Below, piece after piece: positions 9,534 to 17,672 of a DNA stretch of 33,460 nt. The position numbers were made by a program, and so were the translations under genes. The DNA is from a virus (taxonomy: Duplodnaviria; Heunggongvirae; Uroviricota; Caudoviricetes). The number at the start of each line of letters is the position of its first letter. Position 1 is the stretch's first letter. The stretch is from positions 1 to 33,460 of the IMG/VR virus record IMGVR_UViG_3300027852_000034. One strand, written 5' to 3'. The notes beneath the pieces are model-generated. The model was not told the origin of the DNA and did no database searches. It was given only the letters and a program-made list of their open reading frames with translations.

Positions 9534-9752
9534 TTAAAACCTAATCGTTTCACCTTGCTTGTTTTTCCAAAGATCACACACCGCATTAGGATTAACACCG
9601 AATTCATTAATGCTGCACCTCATCTGATAAGTTGTTCCTTTTGCTTTAATTCCATGTTCATAAAATATACAACTTTTACACACTGGCGGCTGATCTTCAT
9701 AATTAACGGCAACACGTTTTTTCTTTACTTGGTGTTTTTTCTGCCTGTTCAC
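9534..9752 (-). CDS. small 4-Cys protein (CxxCxFY..C..V..CxxW)
   Basis: CKSCIFY...RCSINEFGVNPNAVCDLW. Confidence 0.7.
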   Translation of the reverse strand: MNRQKKHQVKKKRVAVNYEDQPPVCKSCIFYEHGIKAKGTTYQMRCSINEFGVNPNAVCDLWKNKQGETIRF

Positions 9753-10012
9753 AATCTTTCATCAGGTGTATTTGGATCAATAATACTAATCCGATCTAAT
9801 AATATATTAAACATGTTTTTATGATGACCTAACTTACCTCCGGTAATCTCATCAATCAATGCATCTCCACATGAATACGTATTCTGTAAATGCCGAACCT
9901 TGTAATAATGCTTTAAAGCTCTACGCCTTAAAAAGAATGTACGAAACCATGTACCTAATGACATTACAGCCCTTCCTACATTTTTAAAGCCCTCAACGCT
10001 ACGATTCATCAT
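9749..10012 (-). CDS. hypothetical protein
   Basis: ORF overlapping its neighbours (ATGA overlap at 9749-9752). Confidence 0.65.
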   Translation of the reverse strand: MMNRSVEGFKNVGRAVMSLGTWFRTFFLRRRALKHYYKVRHLQNTYSCGDALIDEITGGKLGHHKNMFNILLDRISIIDPNTPDERL

Positions 10013-10244
10013 TAGACCTAGAAATAAAATCTATTACGAAACCATGTACTCGCAAAGCTTTCATTATCTTAGCCCATTGATCAACTGGTGAATCTTCACG
10101 ATAATCAATATAAGTATCACCAATAATCTCAGCCATCAAATCACCTGCTAGTTGATCCTGACTACTGGTTATAAAATCTGTGAAATGCTTATCCCCTTTT
10201 AGTGGAGATACTTTTCCATGCATCCTAACATTTAAATTAGACAC
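9999..10244 (-). CDS. hypothetical protein
   Basis: ORF with AGGAG RBS. Confidence 0.65.
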   Translation of the reverse strand: MSNLNVRMHGKVSPLKGDKHFTDFITSSQDQLAGDLMAEIIGDTYIDYREDSPVDQWAKIMKALRVHGFVIDFISRSNDES

Positions 10245-10264
10245 TAAATCATCTCCTAATAGCC

Positions 10265-10534
10265 TTACTTAATCGTATCCATAATATCTATCTCACATTT
10301 GATAATATTCACAGTACTAGGGTGAGCAAAAAGATTACCCGAAGCAATATAAAACGGACGAATTTGTTTATAACCAAAACGTTTGGCCCACTTCTTTTGC
10401 ACTCTCTTAAAATAAGAATCACTCATCCAGGACTTCCGTTTTAATTTTTTGACTGGTACATCTTGAAATTCATCCAATACAGGACTACTTATAATCTTCA
10501 ACCCTAAAAATGTAGGATGATTAGATTCAAACAT
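10265..10534 (-). CDS. hypothetical protein
   Basis: Coupled ORF. Confidence 0.65.
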   Translation of the reverse strand: MFESNHPTFLGLKIISSPVLDEFQDVPVKKLKRKSWMSDSYFKRVQKKWAKRFGYKQIRPFYIASGNLFAHPSTVNIIKCEIDIMDTIK

Positions 10535-10839
10535 CAGCTACCAAACCCCGAAGGCATCCATTTTTCGTTGAAACGATCAAGTGCCCTTCTAGTCTCATCC
10601 CCGTTTACAAGTGTTACACCAACACCGATACCATGATAATGCTCCATCACCTGATCTAACACATCCATTAATTGTAGTTCTTTATTGTGTTCAATTCTCA
10701 ATGTCAGATTTAATGTTACTTTCTCAACCATGCTTTCATCCTCAGCAATTAAATGATCTTCATTCCAAAACTTACCACATTCTATACAATCACCGTAATG
10801 ATCTTCATTTTCACAACCGCATTCGAAACACTTCCACAT
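10534..10839 (-). CDS. hypothetical protein with N-terminal Zn ribbon (WKCFECG..CIECG)
   Basis: Two CxxC pairs; GAGG RBS. Confidence 0.7.
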   Translation of the reverse strand: MWKCFECGCENEDHYGDCIECGKFWNEDHLIAEDESMVEKVTLNLTLRIEHNKELQLMDVLDQVMEHYHGIGVGVTLVNGDETRRALDRFNEKWMPSGFGS

Positions 10840-10860
10840 TAACTAATACCTCGAATGTAA

Positions 10861-11040
10861 TTAAGCGTTTTGCTGTGCAATAGGTTCAATAGGTTCCGGA
10901 CCTCCAACTACCTCAGCCCTAAAAATAGGATTCCCTGAATATTGATACCCAGAAAACAAAGCTTGCCAATCATACGCTTCTACAATCTCTACTGTAGCTA
11001 TGCCACTTGCACCAACTCTGTAAATCTTAAATTTAGTCAT
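10861..11040 (-). CDS. hypothetical protein
   Basis: ATG 11040 after GGGG RBS. Confidence 0.6.
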   Translation of the reverse strand: MTKFKIYRVGASGIATVEIVEAYDWQALFSGYQYSGNPIFRAEVVGGPEPIEPIAQQNA

Positions 11041-11050
11041 TATAATGCCC

Positions 11051-11227
11051 CTAAAAATCACTAAAACAATGTAACGCAGTTGTTAACCCAGCAAGAAATA
11101 TTTCTAACATCAACCATCCTGGACCGAAGTTTTCATAATCTAAATCTTTTAATATAACTAAAATATCTGCACCTATAGCACCACCGAACACAAGCATTGT
11201 TACCCCATAAAGTATTTTAGAATGCAT
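11051..11227 (-). CDS. small two-TM membrane protein
   Basis: Two hydrophobic segments; GGAG RBS before ATG 11227. Confidence 0.65.
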   Translation of the reverse strand: MHSKILYGVTMLVFGGAIGADILVILKDLDYENFGPGWLMLEIFLAGLTTALHCFSDF

Positions 11228-11246
11228 TTTAATCTCCAATATTAGT

Positions 11247-11340
11247 GGTGGGCCTTTCACCCACCTGCGTAGTTTATTTCTTTGAAGGTGTTAACTGTTC
11301 ACCTGCATCCGGTAGTTACGGGATGGCAGACTACCGGCAG
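11247..11340 (-). other. intergenic multi-hairpin RNA element
   Basis: Stems CCGGTAGT/ACTACCGG (flanked by CTGC/GCAG), AGGTG/CACCT and GGTGGG-TGAAAGG-CCCACC in a ~135-nt gap. Confidence 0.45.
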
Positions 11341-11365
11341 CTTCTGCTCTTTCACCCGATGCTCG

Positions 11366-11554
11366 TTACCCGCCTATCTCTTCCCATGCTATAGTAGCCT
11401 CTCTGAGTGCATGAGCATTTTCCTCAGATGGAAAAATAGTCCAGGCTTTTGCAGCATCAGCAAGCACCAATAAAATATCCTCTGGCTTGTCGTTCTTATC
11501 AATTTCAGTAACACCACAAGCTTGGTCTACTAAGGTGTCAATTGGACTTGCCAT
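11366..11554 (-). CDS. hypothetical protein
   Basis: GGAGG RBS, ATG 11554. Confidence 0.7.
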   Translation of the reverse strand: MASPIDTLVDQACGVTEIDKNDKPEDILLVLADAAKAWTIFPSEENAHALREATIAWEEIGG

Positions 11555-11570
11555 ACCAACCTCCAATAAT

Positions 11571-11733
11571 TTCAGTGAAAAGGGCTCTTGTCGTTTGGTA
11601 CTGTTATGCTAGTTTTCTAAGGGGTTTCCGCCCTATAACAGCCCGTCTCACAAGAACAGGACTTACTTTAAAGGTGCCTGCATCGGCGCGTGAAGCACCT
11701 CCGATACCACTTGGCTAAGCCCTTTTCACTGAA
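11571..11733 (-). ncRNA. candidate structured ncRNA (163 nt), possibly raiA-motif-like
   Basis: Perfect 16-bp terminal stem TTCAGTGAAAAGGGCT/AGCCCTTTTCACTGAA; internal helices UGGUA/UACCA, AGGUGCUU/AGGCACCU, CUGUUAU/AUAACAG and a GAAA-capped stem; G-U pairs favour the minus strand. Confidence 0.65.
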
Positions 11734-11742
11734 TACTGTTCA

Positions 11743-11961
11743 TTAAATATCAGTTACCGAAATAGTACATAGGCTGTTTCGACACGGCATATTATCACCG
11801 GCTATCCACTGCGTACTTTTTCCAGTAACCGGTTCCTCCTGAGCTAACGCTATCGGATAAAATTCTTCATTGTCAGTGTCAAAACCCCTAGTAGCAATTC
11901 CTTTCCAATTACCAGATCTTTGATGCTTTACATTTAAAAGCTGACCTTTCTTTATTTGCAT
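11743..11961 (-). CDS. hypothetical protein
   Basis: ORF with GGGA RBS. Confidence 0.7.
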   Translation of the reverse strand: MQIKKGQLLNVKHQRSGNWKGIATRGFDTDNEEFYPIALAQEEPVTGKSTQWIAGDNMPCRNSLCTISVTDI

Positions 11962-11974
11962 TGTGTAATCCCCA

Positions 11975-12139
11975 TTATGCAGCTCCTAAAAATCTCCAAA
12001 ATTTTCTTTCTAACGGCACTTTTGTTTTAGGTAAATCAATAAACTTTCTAGCTCTACCCGAAGGGTCTCTTACTGCTATAAAACAAATCCTATGTTTTAA
12101 CTCAGGAGTATGGTACTCATGATAAGTAATCTTATACAT
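11975..12139 (-). CDS. hypothetical protein
   Basis: ATG 12139 avoids overlap with the upstream gene. Confidence 0.55.
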   Translation of the reverse strand: MYKITYHEYHTPELKHRICFIAVRDPSGRARKFIDLPKTKVPLERKFWRFLGAA

Positions 12140-12146
12140 AGAATTC

Positions 12147-12371
12147 TCAATCAGTATACCAATCAAGTAGCTCACTCAATGCCATGCCTCCAGCAATATC
12201 TGCACCAAGACGTAGAGCGGCCTTCTCTCGTAATTCGCCCTCAGTCAAGCCGTCTATTACCTCAGCACCATCCCTAATTGGCTGAGTGACTATATCAACA
12301 GTTGTTCCAATTGGATCATCTACAAAATCAGAAACCATGTCAGTTGCTTTATCAAATAGCTTGTTAAACAT
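12147..12371 (-). CDS. hypothetical acidic protein
   Basis: GGAG RBS, ATG 12371. Confidence 0.7.
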   Translation of the reverse strand: MFNKLFDKATDMVSDFVDDPIGTTVDIVTQPIRDGAEVIDGLTEGELREKAALRLGADIAGGMALSELLDWYTD

Positions 12372-12375
12372 ACCT

Positions 12376-12567
12376 TTACTCCTTTTTCTTTCGATAAATC
12401 TTACCATTAAAACAAAAAGTAGGTACTGCGGCTTCTATCTTCATTCCACAATCAATGCACTGATATTTATTCTTAACAAGTTGCATAGTCATCAAATCAA
12501 TAAAATCGGTCCATCTATGTTGTGCTGGATCAATAACCATTGATTCACGTCCACTTACACTAATCAT
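12376..12567 (-). CDS. hypothetical protein (CIDC)
   Basis: TAATG-coupled ORF. Confidence 0.6.
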   Translation of the reverse strand: MISVSGRESMVIDPAQHRWTDFIDLMTMQLVKNKYQCIDCGMKIEAAVPTFCFNGKIYRKKKE

Positions 12568-12884
12568 TAGGAACCTACAGTTTCATTTGTTCCTTCCCAA
12601 ACAAATTCATCAAGTGGAAAATGTGTGCAACACCCACAACAAAATGTCCCATTATAAAATTTTGGATCACGAGCATATGTTTCAGCAATTGATGATGCCA
12701 TAATTGTCACTATTCCACATTTTTTATGAACATATTTTTCACGATATGGTCGAACATAACCCTTTGCTCGCTCCTCTGGACATAAGACAACATAACCTTT
12801 CTGTTGACCATTCTCTTTAATATCACGATGATCATTAGTAACCGCATCACCAGTAGTTAAACATATTTTTGGTTTATCACTCAT
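12567..12884 (-). CDS. Cys/His-rich phage hypothetical protein
   Basis: YVVLCPEERAKGYVRP..H..CG..AETYARDPKFY..FCCGC..H; probable Zn-binding. Confidence 0.75.
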   Translation of the reverse strand: MSDKPKICLTTGDAVTNDHRDIKENGQQKGYVVLCPEERAKGYVRPYREKYVHKKCGIVTIMASSIAETYARDPKFYNGTFCCGCCTHFPLDEFVWEGTNETVGS

Positions 12885-13096
12885 TGCTTCTTATTAACCT
12901 CGAAATGGAACACCTTATTTTCATCTATACGGAAAGAAAATATATCACCACCTGTATCATCAAGTTCCATTACTGGTATCGACACCTTCCTTCCCAGTCT
13001 TTTAAGAAACACGATCAATAGCTGATCTTTTAAATCGTCCAGCACCGCAGCATGTTCAGGATTCACATCCCTAATAGCGTCTATACCTCTACCCAT
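12881..13096 (-). CDS. hypothetical protein
   Basis: GAGG RBS, ATGA overlap. Confidence 0.7.
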   Translation of the reverse strand: MGRGIDAIRDVNPEHAAVLDDLKDQLLIVFLKRLGRKVSIPVMELDDTGGDIFSFRIDENKVFHFEVNKKQ

Positions 13097-13110
13097 ATCT
13101 TTATCCTCAA

Positions 13111-13389
13111 TTAGCTATATCCAGCATATTTGTATCCTGGATGATCAACTTGTATGCTGGAAACTGCCTCATTAAATGCCTGCAAATAATCATCTGCTTC
13201 TATTTCAAAATAAATCTCAGCAACAACTCTTACCTCAATCTTTCGTGATTTTGGATCAATCGACGGTTCTTCTCTACAACAGTAACACCTACACCCATCA
13301 AAATGCTTTGTCCCACATATTCTACAAGGCCACTTTCCATGTTTTTCACAAATTACTGCACCCCGAAAAGTATCTGTTCCTTTACCCAT
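13111..13389 (-). CDS. Cys-rich hypothetical protein
   Basis: CEKH..CRIC..CRCYCC. Confidence 0.65.
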   Translation of the reverse strand: MGKGTDTFRGAVICEKHGKWPCRICGTKHFDGCRCYCCREEPSIDPKSRKIEVRVVAEIYFEIEADDYLQAFNEAVSSIQVDHPGYKYAGYS

Positions 13390-13570
13390 CTCTGCTTACC
13401 TCTTTCAGTTCTTGCAGGTCAGCCATTAATTTAGGATTATTAGCTATACACTCGGCTGCAAATCGGTAACGAGTCCAACGCATAGGAGCATCATAATCAA
13501 TGATCTGACATAGCGTATATGCAGCACGATCTATTGTGCTGGCAGTTTCTTTATCGTAAGGGTAATACAT
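13382..13570 (-). CDS. hypothetical protein
   Basis: Coupled ORF. Confidence 0.65.
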   Translation of the reverse strand: MYYPYDKETASTIDRAAYTLCQIIDYDAPMRWTRYRFAAECIANNPKLMADLQELKEVSRDG

Positions 13571-13572
13571 AT

Positions 13573-13779
13573 CTATCTATATCTCTTAGGCAGGGATGAA
13601 TTTGCGTCACTTGTACATTCTGGACACATGTCCTTATAATCTATATAACCGGTTGCACCACAATTATGTATTTCTATAACAGTCCACCCTGGTGGTAATT
13701 TGTAAGAAAAAGCCTGCTGAATTTCTCGTTTTGGGCAATAGTCACATTTAGTTTCCCATGTTTTAAGTTCACGTTTCAT
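13573..13779 (-). CDS. small Zn-binding protein (CDYC..CPEC)
   Basis: Start re-set to ATG 13779 (TAATG coupling). Confidence 0.65.
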   Translation of the reverse strand: MKRELKTWETKCDYCPKREIQQAFSYKLPPGWTVIEIHNCGATGYIDYKDMCPECTSDANSSLPKRYR

Positions 13780-13925
13780 TATTGAAAACCATCCATGCAA
13801 CCGTGACGGCGAGGGTCCTCGAAGAAAGGCGACAACAAAATCATCACCAGAACTACCACTCCTAAAATAAATATAATAAAAGGTACAAATTGCGCTATTA
13901 AAATGTACTTTAACCATTTAGGCAT
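13779..13925 (-). CDS. 48-aa single-pass membrane protein
   Basis: MPKWLKYILIAQFVPFIIFILGVVVLVMILLSPFF...; GAGG RBS; not in the ORF track. Confidence 0.6.
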   Translation of the reverse strand: MPKWLKYILIAQFVPFIIFILGVVVLVMILLSPFFEDPRRHGCMDGFQ

Positions 13926-13940
13926 AATTAATAAACCTCG

Positions 13941-14261
13941 TTATATTTGCACTGTATCACCAATGGTAAACTTATCAGCAGCACCTTTGCTACTAAACAT
14001 TTGCTCGGTTTCACTCTCTCTACCATAAGCAGAGACCTTAGCTTTCACGAACCATTTACCGAATTTATATTCAGGAGCACTCAAAATTTCAACCACTTTT
14101 GCGTCTACTAAGTTCACATCAATCTCCTTTTTCACCCATATTGTGTAACGCTTGCAAACGGGACATTTTATCTGTCTATGTGTTCTAGTCATTTTATCTG
14201 CCCAAGTATGCCACTCTAAATAACCTTTAGGACAGGGAGTATGTTTGCATTGCTTACTCAT
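13941..14261 (-). CDS. hypothetical protein (CKH..CP..CPVC)
   Basis: ATGA-coupled ORF. Confidence 0.65.
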   Translation of the reverse strand: MSKQCKHTPCPKGYLEWHTWADKMTRTHRQIKCPVCKRYTIWVKKEIDVNLVDAKVVEILSAPEYKFGKWFVKAKVSAYGRESETEQMFSSKGAADKFTIGDTVQI

Positions 14262-14491
14262 TCTGGGTCCTCAAGTCGCATTGCAGGGATAGGACCAATG
14301 TATCCATAGATATGCGCTCTAAACTTCTCAGCACTTCCTGGATAGCTCCATGTTCTATCAACAAACATAAGAAGTTTTTTATCCGCAAAAGGCAACCCTG
14401 GAATATCTGAATTAATATAAGCAACATACAACCCGTTCTCAATAGGGTCTCCGTCATGGATAACAAAATAATCAGATTTTACCTCTATCAT
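14258..14491 (-). CDS. hypothetical protein
   Basis: Coupled ORF. Confidence 0.65.
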   Translation of the reverse strand: MIEVKSDYFVIHDGDPIENGLYVAYINSDIPGLPFADKKLLMFVDRTWSYPGSAEKFRAHIYGYIGPIPAMRLEDPE

Positions 14492-14493
14492 AA

Positions 14494-14730
14494 TTAATTA
14501 CGTTTATTGTAACTTGCCCAATCACAGGACATCCCTGTACCAGCTGTACTGAAATGGTCATGTATAGCACACGTCAACCCATTGGAAAGAGTTACTAATA
14601 CTATAGATTCATGTGCATCCTTTTCTATTCGTTGTTTATGTGACCACTTCCTAGCTTCTGGTTCGTATTTTGAATTATCACAGGCAACAATAAATAAACA
14701 CATAATGGTTACATAAAGAAGTATTTTCAT
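14494..14730 (-). CDS. putative lipoprotein
   Basis: MK plus hydrophobic stretch plus IVAC lipobox. Confidence 0.65.
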   Translation of the reverse strand: MKILLYVTIMCLFIVACDNSKYEPEARKWSHKQRIEKDAHESIVLVTLSNGLTCAIHDHFSTAGTGMSCDWASYNKRN

Positions 14731-15005
14731 AAGGAATCCCTAAATAACCAATGAGGAGAATCATCAATCCACACAGATGGATAATATCCCTGTCCGTGTA
14801 CAAACGAATGCTTAGCTTTTCGGCCAGTGAATATAATTTCCTCAACTTTTTCCGCTAAAGCTTCAATGACCTCAGCACCTTCATGTTCATAACGCATAGT
14901 GGCACATATGATGCTATGCCCCCTAAGTTTTGCAGCGTCGATTACTAGATCCCAAAACTCAGGATCTAGCGTATAAGTTTCATCAAAATCCAATACTAAC
15001 AACAT
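14727..15005 (-). CDS. minimal HAD-superfamily hydrolase-like protein
   Basis: LVLDFDETYT (DxD motif I), T at motif II, K, WIDD motif IV. Confidence 0.7.
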   Translation of the reverse strand: MLLVLDFDETYTLDPEFWDLVIDAAKLRGHSIICATMRYEHEGAEVIEALAEKVEEIIFTGRKAKHSFVHGQGYYPSVWIDDSPHWLFRDSL

Positions 15006-15008
15006 CTC

Positions 15009-15404
15009 TCAGGCTGCTCTTTGAAAGTCTTTAAGCTTCTCACATACTTGAGCATCTAAGTCACTCCACTCTTCCTCTGTTAGATTTATCTGATGCCTTT
15101 GATCTGCTGCCATTTCTTGCAATCTAGTCTGAGAAAATAATCCAAATTGTGTTGCCCTCATTATCATCAACATTTTACGAACATCTTTATTGCACTTATC
15201 GTTATACAATACATAGATGTCAGAACCATAGATTTCCCAAGTATCGAGAATTAATATTGCACCCATGCCTCCCATAACCGCTTGAGGATCTATAGAATTG
15301 TGGTGTTTTAAAATTTCTGTCATAGCTACAACTGCACCAGGAATGCCTTCTGCCATTTTGATTAGAGCATCCATTCCTGAATCTGTTAATTCTATTCTAC
15401 TCAT
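15009..15404 (-). CDS. phage hypothetical protein, 131 aa
   Basis: KMAEGIPGA..LILDTWEIYGSDIYVLYNDKC; ATGA overlap. Confidence 0.75.
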   Translation of the reverse strand: MSRIELTDSGMDALIKMAEGIPGAVVAMTEILKHHNSIDPQAVMGGMGAILILDTWEIYGSDIYVLYNDKCNKDVRKMLMIMRATQFGLFSQTRLQEMAADQRHQINLTEEEWSDLDAQVCEKLKDFQRAA

Positions 15405-15706
15405 TGTGATTCTCCTTCTTTCAATAAAAGAAAAGCCTCATCTAAAATCCTTTTGATATGCGGTCTCCTACCCTTCTTAACATTATGTCTTGACATGGCA
15501 GTTTCTTTTATATTCTCTAATCGCCATTCAGGAGTAACTCCTAAATCTTTTAAAACCTCCTCCATTGGATCAAGTGGTTTACCAAGCCGTAGTCTTTCAA
15601 TTTCACCAGAAAGCGCACCAAACTGTGCTTTAGTTAAAGTCACTGTATGACCATCTTGTTTTTGACCTTCCAGTAAAGTGTCAATTAAAAAATCTGAATC
15701 TGTCAT
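15401..15706 (-). CDS. hypothetical protein
   Basis: GAGG RBS. Confidence 0.65.
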   Translation of the reverse strand: MTDSDFLIDTLLEGQKQDGHTVTLTKAQFGALSGEIERLRLGKPLDPMEEVLKDLGVTPEWRLENIKETAMSRHNVKKGRRPHIKRILDEAFLLLKEGESQ

Positions 15707-15732
15707 TTCTCATTACCTCAGTTAATATTTTC

Positions 15733-15801
15733 TCACAACCAATACCAAAATGCGGCTAGTACTCCACATAGTAGCAAGCTCCAAATAGTTTCAATTTCCA
15801 T
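15733..15801 (-). CDS. 22-aa hydrophobic micro-peptide
   Basis: GAGGTAAA-ATG; MEIETIWSLLLCGVLAAFWYWL fills the gap. Confidence 0.45.
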   Translation of the reverse strand: MEIETIWSLLLCGVLAAFWYWL

Positions 15802-15814
15802 TTTACCTCAATTA

Positions 15815-16075
15815 TTAAATACCGCTCCACTTATGGGAACAGTGCCTACATTTCCACTCTGCATCATGTACCCAATCAACCAACTGCACTTGCTTGGTTC
15901 CGCACTTTGGGCACGGTTTTGCCTTCTTACAGAATGCCTCCCGCTTCTCAGTAAGGGCGATCGCAGAATTTAACAAAGCTTTAAAATCAGATGACCTTCG
16001 AGGCGCAATTTTTGAACACGACGATTCATGCGTAAATAGTAATCCACATTCATCACACCACCCAAAATACATCAC
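15815..16075 (-). CDS. Zn-ribbon protein (CDEC..CPKC..CRHC)
   Basis: Three CxxC motifs. Confidence 0.65.
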   Translation of the reverse strand: MMYFGWCDECGLLFTHESSCSKIAPRRSSDFKALLNSAIALTEKREAFCKKAKPCPKCGTKQVQLVDWVHDAEWKCRHCSHKWSGI

Positions 16076-16083
16076 TGCTTACC

Positions 16084-16257
16084 TCAATCCTCGCTAATTT
16101 GACGAGAGATATCCTTAACCTCTTTACCTGTGTCAATCAATATTTGCTTAACACCTCCCGCCTGGTTAATTTTATTAACAACAACCAGTCCTAATACAGC
16201 ACCACCTAATAGAATCACAACAATGATACTGATTATTAATTTTTCAATTTTTGTCAT
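16084..16257 (-). CDS. membrane-anchored small protein
   Basis: Start re-set to ATG 16257; N-terminal TM helix. Confidence 0.65.
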   Translation of the reverse strand: MTKIEKLIISIIVVILLGGAVLGLVVVNKINQAGGVKQILIDTGKEVKDISRQISED

Positions 16258-16261
16258 CCTT

Positions 16262-16468
16262 TCAATCCTCTTTCTTTGTAATATGATTAACGATAACCAA
16301 TATTTCACGAACACTCTTTAAATCCTTTTCATATTGTTCACAGTGTTCTGTGTAATGCTCAGTTACAGATAGCAAAGTGTCCTCTTCCGAAGTCACGTAA
16401 AGATGTTCTGTGATAATTTCTTTACTGTCACTAGCACAATAGTCTGTTTTTACCTCAAATACTTTCAT
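16262..16468 (-). CDS. hypothetical protein
   Basis: ATGA-coupled ORF. Confidence 0.65.
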   Translation of the reverse strand: MKVFEVKTDYCASDSKEIITEHLYVTSEEDTLLSVTEHYTEHCEQYEKDLKSVREILVIVNHITKKED

Positions 16469-16647
16469 GGTTTTAAAACCCTGTAGTCTAGAATCTCAAA
16501 ATCATCGTTATGAATGTTTAACCCGTCACAATTCATTTCAGCTTCTTCAAAAATTGCAACATCAAGATTCAAATTTGAATCATCATCAATTTCTACTTCT
16601 AGAGTTTTGGTAATTTGAACATCCACTCTATAGGTTGTGGTTGACAT
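16465..16647 (-). CDS. small acidic hypothetical protein
   Basis: Coupled ORF, GAGG RBS. Confidence 0.65.
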   Translation of the reverse strand: MSTTTYRVDVQITKTLEVEIDDDSNLNLDVAIFEEAEMNCDGLNIHNDDFEILDYRVLKP

Positions 16648-16648
16648 A

Positions 16649-17233
16649 CTATGTATCCTCTAATGCTTTTTTCATGTTCATCTCTGTGATGTGCGCTGGT
16701 TTATTTACTAGGTCAAATATTGCAGCTTCCAATCCCTTTTTATACCGATTGCATCGTACTTGAAGAGGAAAAGGTTTTGCATGTTTCCACCTACAAACAC
16801 TTCCTTGCCCCCTCCAGGGACTCGTAGCATCTTTATCGTAACTACCAAATTGAACACCTATGGCATTCTCTTCATTAAGATCCCATACCAACATCCATTC
16901 ACCTTTCTTAGGCATCCAGTCAGGAACTGCTCTTATAGAAAGACATTTCATGCAAATCTCTCCATTTGTAACCACTTCATTATTTGCACTTACCCAAGTA
17001 TGGTCACATTCCATCTGCGCTTTTTGTTCTCTAGATAAAACCTTATCTTCTAATCGTTTTAACCTTTTATCGAAGTTACCTTCTAGCTCCTGTAAAGCGC
17101 ACCCGATAGCATAAAACATATTATGAAAATCATCACCAGTTGAATTAGCATCAATGCTATTGACATCCTTCCAAAAATCTACACTACCGCCACCGCTAAA
17201 TACGAAAACTTCCTCTTTTTCTGGTCCCATCAC
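16649..17233 (-). CDS. hypothetical protein, 194 aa
   Basis: Coupled ORF; CDH..CMKC motif. Confidence 0.7.
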   Translation of the reverse strand: MMGPEKEEVFVFSGGGSVDFWKDVNSIDANSTGDDFHNMFYAIGCALQELEGNFDKRLKRLEDKVLSREQKAQMECDHTWVSANNEVVTNGEICMKCLSIRAVPDWMPKKGEWMLVWDLNEENAIGVQFGSYDKDATSPWRGQGSVCRWKHAKPFPLQVRCNRYKKGLEAAIFDLVNKPAHITEMNMKKALEDT

Positions 17234-17472
17234 TCATCCTCCGAAGGTTTTACTAAATAATCTATTACATAGCATCTGTGCTTTTCTGGTTTTCCGCGCA
17301 TAGGATCTACATGGTTATCATACTCTGGTGCTCGCGTTATTTTAATATCAACCAGTTGAGGACCGTAACCAGCTTCCCGTGCAGCCCTGTAAGATGCATA
17401 CCTTGCCTTAGCAGCATCAGTATTAAACATGATGCCTTTTATGCCTTCCCATTCTGAAAGAAACGCAAGCAT
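17230..17472 (-). CDS. hypothetical protein
   Basis: GGAGG RBS, coupled. Confidence 0.65.
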   Translation of the reverse strand: MLAFLSEWEGIKGIMFNTDAAKARYASYRAAREAGYGPQLVDIKITRAPEYDNHVDPMRGKPEKHRCYVIDYLVKPSEDE

Positions 17473-17672
17473 TAGTACACCTCCTTATCCGATATCACAC
17501 ATTTTCTAGCATCCCAATGTTTGTTAAGTAAAATGCTATCATGACAATTAAGATGACCTTTAATTTCAGCCAAGTATAAGTAGCTTTTAGCCACAATAAG
17601 CTGCTCTGTAGATTTACAACTATCGATTATAGCCAGTGTTTTAACGAATACTCTCATGCCTCCTCCAATCAA
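17472..17672 (-). CDS. hypothetical protein
   Basis: Coupled ORF. Confidence 0.6.
   Translation of the reverse strand: MIGGGMRVFVKTLAIIDSCKSTEQLIVAKSYLYLAEIKGHLNCHDSILLNKHWDARKCVISDKEVY

Noticed and set aside
11608-11636. preQ1-I riboswitch (AGGG..CCCU-UAGAAAACUAG tail), tempting given queD/queE
   Set aside because: The loop CGGAAAC lacks the conserved U and the bases needed to pair with the CUAG tail, and it is embedded in a larger fold 7 kb from the que genes.
11700-11733. tRNA gene (GGGCTTAGCCAAGTGGTA resembles an acceptor/D-arm start)
   Set aside because: No anticodon arm geometry, no TTCRA T-loop and no CCA. No canonical tRNA was seen anywhere in the window.
9385-11733. MITEs or IS remnants explaining the 16-17-bp terminal inverted repeats
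   Set aside because: No target-site duplications, the two elements have unrelated termini, no transposase is present, and the interiors are helix-rich. This is not fully excluded.
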